This document shows, one piece after another, positions 1 to 6,822 of a DNA stretch of 42,445 nucleotides. This stretch comes from a virus (lineage: Duplodnaviria; Caudoviricetes). Below the pieces are notes generated by a model, which saw only the letters and a program-made list of their open reading frames with translations, was not told the DNA's origin and searched no databases. A program made the position numbers and the translations under genes. The DNA is taken from the IMG/VR virus record IMGVR_UViG_3300037515_000112, positions 1 through 42,445 of that record; one strand, written 5' to 3'. Within the stretch, counting starts at the first letter, position 1; each line of letters starts with the position of its first letter.

Positions 1-127
1 GTGAGCCCTGTGAGGCGGGCGAGGATGGACGAGGGGGAATCTTGGGCGCAGTACAGGACTGGCACTTCCATCTGGGTTGCGAGGTTCGCTGCGACCATGC
101 TCTTGCCTCCGCCTGGGGCTCCGGCGA
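1..127. repeat. Terminal overlap, copy 1 (circular assembly junction)
   Basis: 1-127 is identical to 42319-42445; it lies inside the helicase gene, and 127 is a common assembler k-mer length. Confidence 0.95.
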
Positions 128-242
128 GGATGGCTAGGTCTTTGGTTCGGGCGGTGACTACTTCGTTGAAGGCCCGCCAGGGTAGACGCAGGGGTTTACC
201 GGCAGCTCCGGTTGCTGCTATCGCCCGAGACAGGGTTCTCAC
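1..242 (-). CDS. DnaB-like (RecA-fold) helicase, 5' part; continues across the junction into 42318-41760 (266 aa total)
   Basis: GTG at 242 overlaps the stop of the upstream exonuclease (GTGA); reads MRTLSRAIAATG...LAILAGAPGGGKSMVAANLA with Walker A GAPGGGKS; frame joins ORF 41760..42416. Confidence 0.88.
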   Translation of the reverse strand, partial: MRTLSRAIAATGAAGKPLRLPWRAFNEVVTARTKDLAILAGAPGGGKSMVAANLATQMEVPVLYCAQDSPSSILARLTGL

Positions 243-874
243 GCGGCCCTCGGATCATCCCCACGAATCACCGCTTGAAGGGCATCGAAGGCGTACAGGG
301 AAGCAAGGGCATCAAACCCAGCGTCATGCCACAGAACCTCACCGAGTACGGCAGCAGCCCGCTCTCCGGCCACATCCTTGACTACGCTCTTTAGGCTTTT
401 GTATCCCCACATTCCGCCAAGCGGGGACTTCACCCTGGCGGACGAAAGGGCGAAACAGATCGCATTGAGGTCAACGGTTCTGTATGACATGTGGTTCTGA
501 ACGGAGGGGAGAAACCGCTTCACGAAAGGCATGTCGAACCCTGCGATGTTCCACCCCACGGGGATGATGCTTGCTCGGTGCCCGAGCGGTGCCACCCACT
601 CAACTGCTCGCTCCGCTACCTCGTCAGCGGGCGGCGCATGTTCCACCTTGTCGAAGGGGATGCCATGCACGGCACCGGCCTCATCGGACCATGTGTGGTC
701 CCGGTAGAAATCCCACCCACCGATTACCTCACAGAACACACCACCGTCGGCGGTAGCCATACCGAGCTGTATGGGGGCGGCTCTGCCGTCCTTGGCGCTG
801 GGGTGCAGCACAGTGGAGCCATCTCCGATGTCGGTGCCGCTGGTTTCTAGGTCCAGACCAATGTAGGTAGTCAC
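239..874 (-). CDS. DEDDh (DnaQ/RNase T-like) 3'-5' exonuclease
   Basis: ExoI YIGLDLETSG, ExoII VGWNIAGFDMPF, ExoIII WHDAGFDA; SD AAGGAG upstream. Confidence 0.88.
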   Translation of the reverse strand: MTTYIGLDLETSGTDIGDGSTVLHPSAKDGRAAPIQLGMATADGGVFCEVIGGWDFYRDHTWSDEAGAVHGIPFDKVEHAPPADEVAERAVEWVAPLGHRASIIPVGWNIAGFDMPFVKRFLPSVQNHMSYRTVDLNAICFALSSARVKSPLGGMWGYKSLKSVVKDVAGERAAAVLGEVLWHDAGFDALASLYAFDALQAVIRGDDPRAA

Positions 875-922
875 ATCATCTCCTTACGCAAGTCGCTACG
901 CCTCCCATTCTCAACAAAGATG

Positions 923-961
923 ACCGGGCCAGGAGGCAAGGAGGTAACCCCCTGGCCCGGT
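923..961 (-). promoter_or_regulatory. Stable hairpin with anti-Shine-Dalgarno sequence in the loop
   Basis: 11-bp perfect inverted repeat ACCGGGCCAGG/CCTGGCCCGGT; loop on the minus (transcribed) strand contains ACCTCCTT. Confidence 0.6.
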
Positions 962-963
962 AG

Positions 964-1025
964 TCCCCGAGAGCGGGGATCGAACCCGCCACGCCGTCCA
1001 CAACAGCGGTGCCAACATCTCGGGG
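964..1025 (-). ncRNA. D-armless tRNA-like RNA, anticodon GUG (His)
   Basis: Minus strand: CCCCGAGA TGTTGGCAC CGCTG TTGTGGA CGGCG TG GCGGG TTCGATC CCCGC TCTCGGGG A = acceptor stem, 9-nt D-replacement loop, 5-bp/7-nt anticodon arm, canonical T arm; intergenic and in operon orientation. Confidence 0.72.
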
Positions 1026-1031
1026 TGAAGG

Positions 1032-1451
1032 CTAGAACCTGCCGTTCTTGCCCCAATCAGTGTAGGTGCAGTCACCAACATCCAACCACTTGGAACCGAC
1101 CTTCTTACGTTCCTGCAACGAACACCGCCACTCAGGGCCAGTGTCCCCATCATTGTGCAACAGCACACCAGTACGCCCAGCCGTCGCACACTCAGGGCAA
1201 CCCTGATCGGTCAGCAACGGTGCCGCCGCATCCGAACGAGGCTGCGGTGCTGTCTGCCGTGGAGCCGAAGGAGCCGGGGCAACCGCCTCGAACCCTTCCA
1301 GCTTGGCCGACAGGTCAGCGAACAGGTCATCCGCGAGTGCAATGACATCCGGGGTGCCGGTGTACTGCACCGCACCTGCGGTGAGCAGCTCCACCGCTCC
1401 CTTCCATGCCACCTGATAGGCGATCTGATTCGACTTCGTATCCATGCTCAT
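1032..1451 (-). CDS. Hypothetical protein with C-terminal Cys4 zinc ribbon (possible ssDNA-binding/recombination accessory)
   Basis: Pro/Ala linker followed by CPEC...WRC...DC; ATGA coupling to the Cas4-like gene. Confidence 0.6.
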   Translation of the reverse strand: MSMDTKSNQIAYQVAWKGAVELLTAGAVQYTGTPDVIALADDLFADLSAKLEGFEAVAPAPSAPRQTAPQPRSDAAAPLLTDQGCPECATAGRTGVLLHNDGDTGPEWRCSLQERKKVGSKWLDVGDCTYTDWGKNGRF

Positions 1452-2296
1452 GTTGTTCCCTCCTGGGGTGTCAGTTCAATGGTAGCGGACACCAGCCTAC
1501 GCCGCAACTCCCCGAGGTCGCCGTCGAACACAGGGCAGTTGTCACGGTACAGGCAATAATCACACCACCAGTCTTGCTTCGCTGGGGCGAACCCGTCAGC
1601 CACCATCGCCTCCTTCTGGCTACTCGCCCAGTTCAGGAGCCCAGCCACATACTCATCGCCAGGGTACGGCATCGCCGTCTGCTGCTTCTTGAAAGCAACA
1701 TGATGGAACCGCAAGTCCACATCTTCCTCGGGAACGAACTCGTTGAGGCTATGCCGATACGCATACGAGTAGATATGCAACTGTGTCGGGTTCGCCTTCG
1801 CGGTCGCCCCCGTCTTCCAATCCACCACCAGCAACCCAGCATCCGTTTGGAACACAGCGTCAATCGTCGTCGCAATCACCGTACCGTCCACCGTCACCGA
1901 CACCGGAACCTCAACAGCGACCAGCTCGAAGTCACCGTACATCGGCTCGTAGGATTCCTCCCACTTCACGGCCAACATGCTGAGGTCATCCAACACTGAG
2001 TCGGCGGTACGCTTCTTCGTCCACCGGACCTCACGGCCAGCCTCAGCAGACTCAGCCAGCGCCCCCTCCATCTGAGCCCACGCATAATCGAACGCCTGGT
2101 CAGTGTTCATGTCCTGGGCCAGCCTCGCCTCAATGTAGGCGTGGCCTGCCGTGCCCAAGAAGAAGTAGCCTGCGTCAGCGTCACGCTCAAACATGCGCCC
2201 AAGCGCATACTTGGTCTGGCACTCCATCAAAGTTGTGACATCGGATGCTCTGTGCCACCCATTTATCGTTCCTAATGGTGTTGTGGTGTCAGCCAT
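1448..2296 (-). CDS. Cas4/RecB-like PD-(D/E)XK exonuclease with Fe-S cysteines
   Basis: GTAGH, IDAVF..VDWKTG, QLHIY, N-terminal Cys plus C-terminal CDYC...C. Confidence 0.88.
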   Translation of the reverse strand: MADTTTPLGTINGWHRASDVTTLMECQTKYALGRMFERDADAGYFFLGTAGHAYIEARLAQDMNTDQAFDYAWAQMEGALAESAEAGREVRWTKKRTADSVLDDLSMLAVKWEESYEPMYGDFELVAVEVPVSVTVDGTVIATTIDAVFQTDAGLLVVDWKTGATAKANPTQLHIYSYAYRHSLNEFVPEEDVDLRFHHVAFKKQQTAMPYPGDEYVAGLLNWASSQKEAMVADGFAPAKQDWWCDYCLYRDNCPVFDGDLGELRRRLVSATIELTPQEGTT

Positions 2297-2496
2297 CAGC
2301 TTACATCCTCGTCGTCGGGCTCAACATAGGTGACGATATTCCAGTCACCATCATCAAACCATTCGGCCACCCGGTCAGCGAACCAGCCATGCACGGTCTC
2401 CACCGCACCAGCGGACGCATCCTCACCGGACACAGCCACTTCGATCTCAATGTACATGCGCTGCCGGTCGTCTACCTTCAAGCCACCGGACTTCAT
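2296..2496 (-). CDS. Hypothetical protein (66 aa, acidic)
   Basis: Overlapping start/stop with both neighbours; SD upstream. Confidence 0.7.
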   Translation of the reverse strand: MKSGGLKVDDRQRMYIEIEVAVSGEDASAGAVETVHGWFADRVAEWFDDGDWNIVTYVEPDDEDVS

Positions 2497-2726
2497 GCTG
2501 TCCCTCCTATCCGAACCTCTTTGCCCAGGTTCCCAGCACCCGACCCTACGGACGCTCGGGACTTCCCGATAGCCGCGGCCAGGTCAAGGACCGTCAGCTC
2601 CTTGGAGAGATGAACAGTTACTATGTCGTCTTTGGCGGTGACGAAGAACAGCAGCCAGTGGGTCGCGTCGTCCTCGTCACTCTCCCAAACTTGTACTGCC
2701 TCGACTCGTCCTGCTTCGACCCTCAT
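2493..2726 (-). CDS. Hypothetical protein (77 aa, MRVEAGRV...)
   Basis: ATG at 2726 overlaps upstream stop (ATGA); SD AAGGAGG. Confidence 0.7.
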   Translation of the reverse strand: MRVEAGRVEAVQVWESDEDDATHWLLFFVTAKDDIVTVHLSKELTVLDLAAAIGKSRASVGSGAGNLGKEVRIGGTA

Positions 2727-3472
2727 CGTGTTCCTCCTTGATTGTTGTCTGTGTCCAGTCCTAGATAGTGGGCAAGCCGTTTGGTCTGCCATTGCCGTTC
2801 AGCAGCCCAGGCAGCAGCCCCGGCAGCAGCCCTGGCAGCATCCCAGGCAGCATCCCAGGCAGCAGCCCTGGCAGCATCCCTGGCAGCAGCCCTGGCAGCA
2901 GCCCAGACAGCAGCCCTGGCAGCATCCCAGGCAGCATCCCAGGCAGCAGCCCTGGCAGCATCCCAGGCAGCATCCCAGGCAGCAGCCCTGGCAGCATCCC
3001 AGACAGCAGCCCTGGCAGCAGCCCAGACAGCAGCCCCGGCAGCATCCCCGGCAGCAGCCAACTCGTCGCGGGTTGCTTTGCCTTCCGCGAACCTGCGAGC
3101 AACCTCGATGGTGTTGGCGCAGGTGGTCCGATACGGTTCGGGGATCAGATGCAACACCCGTTCCGCGCAGTCGGCGGCGAACAGGCGCAGCAGCCGATCA
3201 TCCACCACCGCCACACGGCGGACAAGACGCACCGACTCGTACACGGACTTGCCCTCATCGTCGGGTCCGTCTGATTGGCCTTTGCCTTCCGCTTCCCACA
3301 CCACCGACTCAGGCTGCAACCATTGCAGCAGTCCGTCGAGGTTGACCAGGTGGTATCCACGCTGGCACAGGTACGGGTCACTGATGGGGTCAGTCCACTT
3401 GCGGTACGGGTAGGTGCCGTCACCACCATGGATCGGGTCACGGGACTTGGACAGCACCTTGAACATGGTCAT
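2723..3472 (-). CDS. Conserved phage protein with C-x-x-GYH N-domain, RLFAADCAERVL domain and Ala/Trp tetrapeptide repeats
   Basis: LCQRGYH motif; AAWD/AARA/AVWA repeats; SD AGGAGG; architecture common in phages. Confidence 0.8.
   Translation of the reverse strand: MTMFKVLSKSRDPIHGGDGTYPYRKWTDPISDPYLCQRGYHLVNLDGLLQWLQPESVVWEAEGKGQSDGPDDEGKSVYESVRLVRRVAVVDDRLLRLFAADCAERVLHLIPEPYRTTCANTIEVARRFAEGKATRDELAAAGDAAGAAVWAAARAAVWDAARAAAWDAAWDAARAAAWDAAWDAARAAVWAAARAAARDAARAAAWDAAWDAARAAAGAAAWAAERQWQTKRLAHYLGLDTDNNQGGTR
2801..3059. repeat. Tandem 12-bp repeat array (about 21 units) encoding AAWD/AARA/AVWA
   Basis: Units such as gcagcatcccag, gcagcagccctg, acagcagccctg. Confidence 0.95.
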
Positions 3473-3552
3473 CGCTCGCCTCCTATCTCGTAGACTACCA
3501 ACACAATCAGACTGATCCAGCCGAACGCTACGATCATCTGCATCAAACTCAT
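3469..3552 (-). CDS. 27-aa single-TM membrane peptide
   Basis: MSLMQMIVAFGWISLIVLVVYEIGGER; ATGA overlaps at both ends; SD AAGGAGGT. Confidence 0.65.
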   Translation of the reverse strand: MSLMQMIVAFGWISLIVLVVYEIGGER

Positions 3553-3788
3553 GTTAGCCAACCTCCTTGGTCATTGTCGAACACCATCGTATCGTACCAC
3601 GGCTGTTCTGTCAAGTCCCTAGGTTCCAGAGCCCCTTCCTCTAGGGGGATGATCCGATTCTCGGTGATAGTAACCACGTCCGCGTGGTCCCACGTCCAGG
3701 CGTACCACGTTGCGTAGCATTCGAGGTCGCAGGTGGCTCCTTGAAACTCGGTGGGTTTGTCGCACCAGGGGCAGACAGCTCCGCTCAT
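3549..3788 (-). CDS. Hypothetical protein with N-terminal Cys4 zinc finger
   Basis: CPWC...TCDLEC; coupled overlaps. Confidence 0.7.
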   Translation of the reverse strand: MSGAVCPWCDKPTEFQGATCDLECYATWYAWTWDHADVVTITENRIIPLEEGALEPRDLTEQPWYDTMVFDNDQGGWLT

Positions 3789-3979
3789 ATGTCCTCCACC
3801 AGGTCCGCGATCTCTTTCAACCCGTTCAGTACCCGCCCCATCATCAGCATGTCCTCCGTATCGGGGATGGTGTACGCGATCCGATACAACTCCGAGAACC
3901 GCTTCTTGCCGGGCACCAACTTGCGAATGCGGTTGATCCTGTCGGTCAGGATGCGTTCACGCTTTGTGGTTTCGCTCAT
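3785..3979 (-). CDS. Hypothetical protein (64 aa, MSETTKRE...)
   Basis: ATG 3979 preceded by GGAGG; the longer ORF call overlaps another gene. Confidence 0.7.
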   Translation of the reverse strand: MSETTKRERILTDRINRIRKLVPGKKRFSELYRIAYTIPDTEDMLMMGRVLNGLKEIADLVEDI

Positions 3980-4025
3980 GTGTCCTCCGCAATCACTACT
4001 AATCGAAACAGATTTAGTAGTTCGC

Positions 4026-4337
4026 TCATTCTGTCTCCACCAACCGAACCTCAATCCACGCGCACATCTCGCGGAACGACCCCGTGCAAGCCACTTCGTA
4101 ATGGGCACGCAGACACCATTCGCCAGACTTGTTCGCCTTGTGAGTCTCGCACCACCACACTCTCGGTGCCTCGTCCCACCGTTCGGCAGGCACCAGCACA
4201 TGATCGCCAGCCCTGCCACCAGGAAACTCAGTGCGAACCTCCTGCTCCATCCACGGTGCCGACATGACGGGGTACTCGATTTCGCCTGTTTCGTGGTAAC
4301 CGCCCTGGCTGATGTTCACTCTCGGCAGATCAGACAT
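4026..4337 (-). CDS. Hypothetical protein, W-x-C-E-x-H Cys-rich
   Basis: VWWCETH...C...C...C; tiles the operon; SD GGAGG. Confidence 0.7.
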   Translation of the reverse strand: MSDLPRVNISQGGYHETGEIEYPVMSAPWMEQEVRTEFPGGRAGDHVLVPAERWDEAPRVWWCETHKANKSGEWCLRAHYEVACTGSFREMCAWIEVRLVETE

Positions 4338-4605
4338 CAGCGGCCTCCCAGGGGATCAGCAGACGCACACCGCCACCACACTCGCCCTCGGGGTCGTAGG
4401 CGCACCTGTCGTCCAGTAGCGGATGTACCCCATGCGCTTCACACGACCACATGACCTTGCCTTTCTCGGCCAGCAACGCCAACACAGCCTCCGTGATACC
4501 ATCCGACTCCTGACGGACAGTGAACCGCTCAGCCCCAGGAGGCAGGTCCGCCGTCCGTCGCAGCACATCCACAACGCACGCAGCGATCTCGTCACGCAGA
4601 CTCAT
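4330..4605 (-). CDS. Hypothetical protein, W-x-C-E-x-H Cys-rich
   Basis: MWSCEAH...C...C; tiles the operon. Confidence 0.7.
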   Translation of the reverse strand: MSLRDEIAACVVDVLRRTADLPPGAERFTVRQESDGITEAVLALLAEKGKVMWSCEAHGVHPLLDDRCAYDPEGECGGGVRLLIPWEAADV

Positions 4606-4753
4606 CGGCCCATCCCAACATGGTCCGCTTCACCGACCTGCGAACCCGAGCAGCCGTCTCCTGCGCCGCCTTGCGAACAGCCTTCGCATGTTCTATGCGC
4701 TCCAGGTAGTCCATCGGCATCTTGATCCGTTGGCTGTCCAGGTCACTCGTCAT
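4592..4753 (-). CDS. Hypothetical basic protein (53 aa, MTSDLDSQ...)
   Basis: ATG 4753 with GGAGG upstream; fills the gap. Confidence 0.6.
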   Translation of the reverse strand: MTSDLDSQRIKMPMDYLERIEHAKAVRKAAQETAARVRRSVKRTMLGWADESA

Positions 4754-5210
4754 CGGATGCCTCCCCTCGCCTCGTCCACACTCCGACATAATCCTCTGGC
4801 TCGCCAACCAGCCCCGCACCCGAGGGATGAGGGTCTGACAGCATCACTCCACGCTCGCAGTCCCACAGCACCGAATGTCTGAAGTCGCCGCGAGGTGAAC
4901 GCCCAGAGGCGATCATCACCCCAGACAGGCCTCCCTCTGGAAGGTCCGTAGTCCAGCCCAACGGGTCGTAGCCATGCCCTTCCAGCCACTCATTGGTTGA
5001 GTCCCACCATTCCTCAGTCGCTGATGCCAGGTGAATCTCGTCTCGCTGTTCCTCAGTGAGACCGAACAGAGAGGCCACCGCCGTCGCCCAGCAGTTGCCC
5101 TGCTCCATCGGGGGAGCATCACGATCGGGCACGAACGAAGTCTGAGTCATCGACGCAACCCCGCCGTGCGGCACGCACCGAATCAGCCCCTCCAACGCTG
5201 CGTCACCCAT
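4743..5210 (-). CDS. Putative papain-like (C39-related) cysteine hydrolase
   Basis: QT...GNCWATAVAS, RH(S)VL, DPHPS: Cys-His-Asp order; true start may be 5150. Confidence 0.55.
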   Translation of the reverse strand: MGDAALEGLIRCVPHGGVASMTQTSFVPDRDAPPMEQGNCWATAVASLFGLTEEQRDEIHLASATEEWWDSTNEWLEGHGYDPLGWTTDLPEGGLSGVMIASGRSPRGDFRHSVLWDCERGVMLSDPHPSGAGLVGEPEDYVGVWTRRGEASDDE

Positions 5211-5644
5211 CAGTTCTCCCCTCGTATCCTGGCGCGCCTCTCGGCGGCCTGATCCCTGTTACACGCGCGACACATGCGACCGAGCGGACGCCCACGCCAC
5301 ACATAGGTGTTCGCCTCATTGAACTCGTGACCTCGCAAGCAGTGGGTCTTGGCCGCGTTGCGAGCAGAAATGGTGTCGCCTCTCAGCGTGTTCTCCCCCA
5401 TGGACACTGGTTCCAAGTGATCGGGGTTCACACAGGAGCGCACGCGACACAAGTGGTCCAGGGTCGCAGCCGTGATCGGCCCGACCAGCAGTTCGTAAAC
5501 CGTCCGATGGGCATACCTAACGGCACCATCCATCCATGTCTGCCCGTAACCGTTCTTGGCTACATGCCCTGCCCATAACCAGCAACCATCCTCAACGGGA
5601 ACAACCTTCGCACCAATGCGGTCGGGGAGCGCGGTCACGTTCAT
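5210..5644 (-). CDS. HNH endonuclease with C-terminal zinc-binding extension
   Basis: CWLWAG, GYG, AHR, LDHLCRVRSCVNPDHL, KTHCLRGH..CRAC. Confidence 0.92.
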   Translation of the reverse strand: MNVTALPDRIGAKVVPVEDGCWLWAGHVAKNGYGQTWMDGAVRYAHRTVYELLVGPITAATLDHLCRVRSCVNPDHLEPVSMGENTLRGDTISARNAAKTHCLRGHEFNEANTYVWRGRPLGRMCRACNRDQAAERRARIRGEN

Positions 5645-5958
5645 GGCTGCTCTCCCTTTATCGCAGCCAGGATGCGGTCGGCAGATACAGCAGCGCCTTC
5701 GTTGATGAATCGCAGTAGGGCGTCGTCGTCGTGGTTGGATCGCGCCGAGAGTGCGGATACGCCAGCAGCCACAAGTCGTTTCACCAACATCTGCGCTGTC
5801 TCGTCTGATCCGACCCGTTCGATCAGATCAGCATGAGCCTCAGCAGCAACCAAGATCACACGCAAGGACTCGTGCAGGTCAAACCGAACCTCTGGCTCTG
5901 CTGTCGTGAAGTGATGCAAAACCTTGCGTATCACGTCGGGGGTCAGAATGTCATTCAT
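5641..5958 (-). CDS. Hypothetical protein
   Basis: Coupled overlaps; SD AAGGAG. Confidence 0.7.
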   Translation of the reverse strand: MNDILTPDVIRKVLHHFTTAEPEVRFDLHESLRVILVAAEAHADLIERVGSDETAQMLVKRLVAAGVSALSARSNHDDDALLRFINEGAAVSADRILAAIKGEQP

Positions 5959-6314
5959 GTCAGCTCCTTCCCAATGATAATACCACGCGGCACCCCCTCA
6001 AACAGATGCAACCACCTTGAAGGTATCTCCCCCTGATACCACAAGTCCACAGTCTCCAACACCCCACCATCCTCCAAGTCCACACTAAACGCATCACCGT
6101 ACAGTCCCCGAGCATGACGAGGCCCATCAGTACGATCACCAGCTATGTAATGGACAGCCCCACCAGTGTCATCGTTCTGGATGAAGGCACGGGGGTCGTC
6201 ATGGTCCTGGTCGGCTAGGCTCTGCCAGTAATGGCAGGTGAAACAGTAGCCAGGGTAGGTGGCCTCGATCCTCTCTGCCCTGGGCTCGTCGCAATCAGGA
6301 TGAACACACTTCAT
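5955..6314 (-). CDS. Hypothetical protein with N-terminal Cys motifs
   Basis: CVHPDC...YCFTC; LWYQGEIP; coupled overlaps. Confidence 0.72.
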   Translation of the reverse strand: MKCVHPDCDEPRAERIEATYPGYCFTCHYWQSLADQDHDDPRAFIQNDDTGGAVHYIAGDRTDGPRHARGLYGDAFSVDLEDGGVLETVDLWYQGEIPSRWLHLFEGVPRGIIIGKELT

Positions 6315-6451
6315 TTCTCAACCCTCCTAAAGATAACCCACTTCCGACCGACCTTCGGGCACGGATGCCCAACAGCGTTACGCTTCGACGGCAACACTTC
6401 CACCGTATCCCCACATTGGGGGCACTCGAACCTATCCAACGGCTCAGGCAT
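6311..6451 (-). CDS. 46-aa zinc-ribbon protein
   Basis: MPEPLDRFECPQCGDTVEVLPSKRNAVGHPCPKVGRKWVIFRRVEK; ATGA overlap downstream; not in the ORF track. Confidence 0.62.
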   Translation of the reverse strand: MPEPLDRFECPQCGDTVEVLPSKRNAVGHPCPKVGRKWVIFRRVEK

Positions 6452-6557
6452 AGTGGTCCGGCTCCATCGCTATCTTGATGAGCCACACTAGTAGCACAAT
6501 CAGCACTACCAGCTGGACCCAGAGGTATACAATCACCGCATCTCTTACTGTCATCAC
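6444..6557 (-). CDS. Small single-TM membrane protein, first gene of the leftward operon
   Basis: (V)MTVRDAVIVYLWVQLVVLIVLLVWLIKIAMEPDHYA; GTG 7 nt after the -10 box. Confidence 0.6.
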   Translation of the reverse strand: MMTVRDAVIVYLWVQLVVLIVLLVWLIKIAMEPDHYA

Positions 6558-6563
6558 CGCCAG

Positions 6564-6593
6564 ACCATACACCCCAACCCTAGCACCTGTCAA
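6564..6593 (-). promoter_or_regulatory. SigA-type promoter PL for the leftward operon
   Basis: TTGACA-N18-TATGGT at the head of the operon. Confidence 0.75.
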
Positions 6594-6702
6594 CCCCCAA
6601 TCTGCCGGGCAAGCAACTAACCTCCAGATTCTAAGTGGCACAAGGGGGGCGTGCCAGGTTTGGCGGGGGCGAACCTGGGACGGGCTCGGGAGCTGGGCCG
6701 GG

Positions 6703-6741
6703 CGTACCACAAGGGCGCGCACCTTCGACCCTTGTGGTACG
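6703..6741. repeat. 13-bp perfect inverted repeat between the divergent promoters
   Basis: CGTACCACAAGGG-N13-CCCTTGTGGTACG. Confidence 0.85.
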
Positions 6742-6756
6742 GATCAAGATTAGGGG

Positions 6757-6785
6757 TTGACAAGCGGCGACGGGTACGGCATACT
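6757..6785 (+). promoter_or_regulatory. Early promoter P1
   Basis: TTGACA-N17-CATACT. Confidence 0.75.
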
Positions 6786-6822
6786 GTGAGGGTACGGTAA
6801 CGATCAGTAAGGAGGCGATACC

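Noticed and set aside
1-127. Biological direct terminal repeat
   Set aside because: It falls mid-gene in the helicase and its length equals a common assembly k-mer; most likely an assembly overlap
965-1025. tRNA-Sec (8/5 fold) or tmRNA fragment
   Set aside because: No UCA anticodon or long variable arm; tmRNA lacks an anticodon arm and needs G3:U70 and a tag ORF, all absent
1448-2296. CRISPR-Cas system suggested by the Cas4-like gene
   Set aside because: No repeat-spacer array or other cas genes seen; solo Cas4-like nucleases are common in phages
2623-3413. Long ORFs in other frames (QQPW, SSPG, AAAL, LLPG repeats)
   Set aside because: By-products of a stop-free 12-bp repeat; only 2723..3472 (-) has an SD, coupling and recognisable flanking domains
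5210-5644. HNH within a group I intron or intein
   Set aside because: The gene is start/stop-coupled to both neighbours with no flanking non-coding intron core; it appears free-standing
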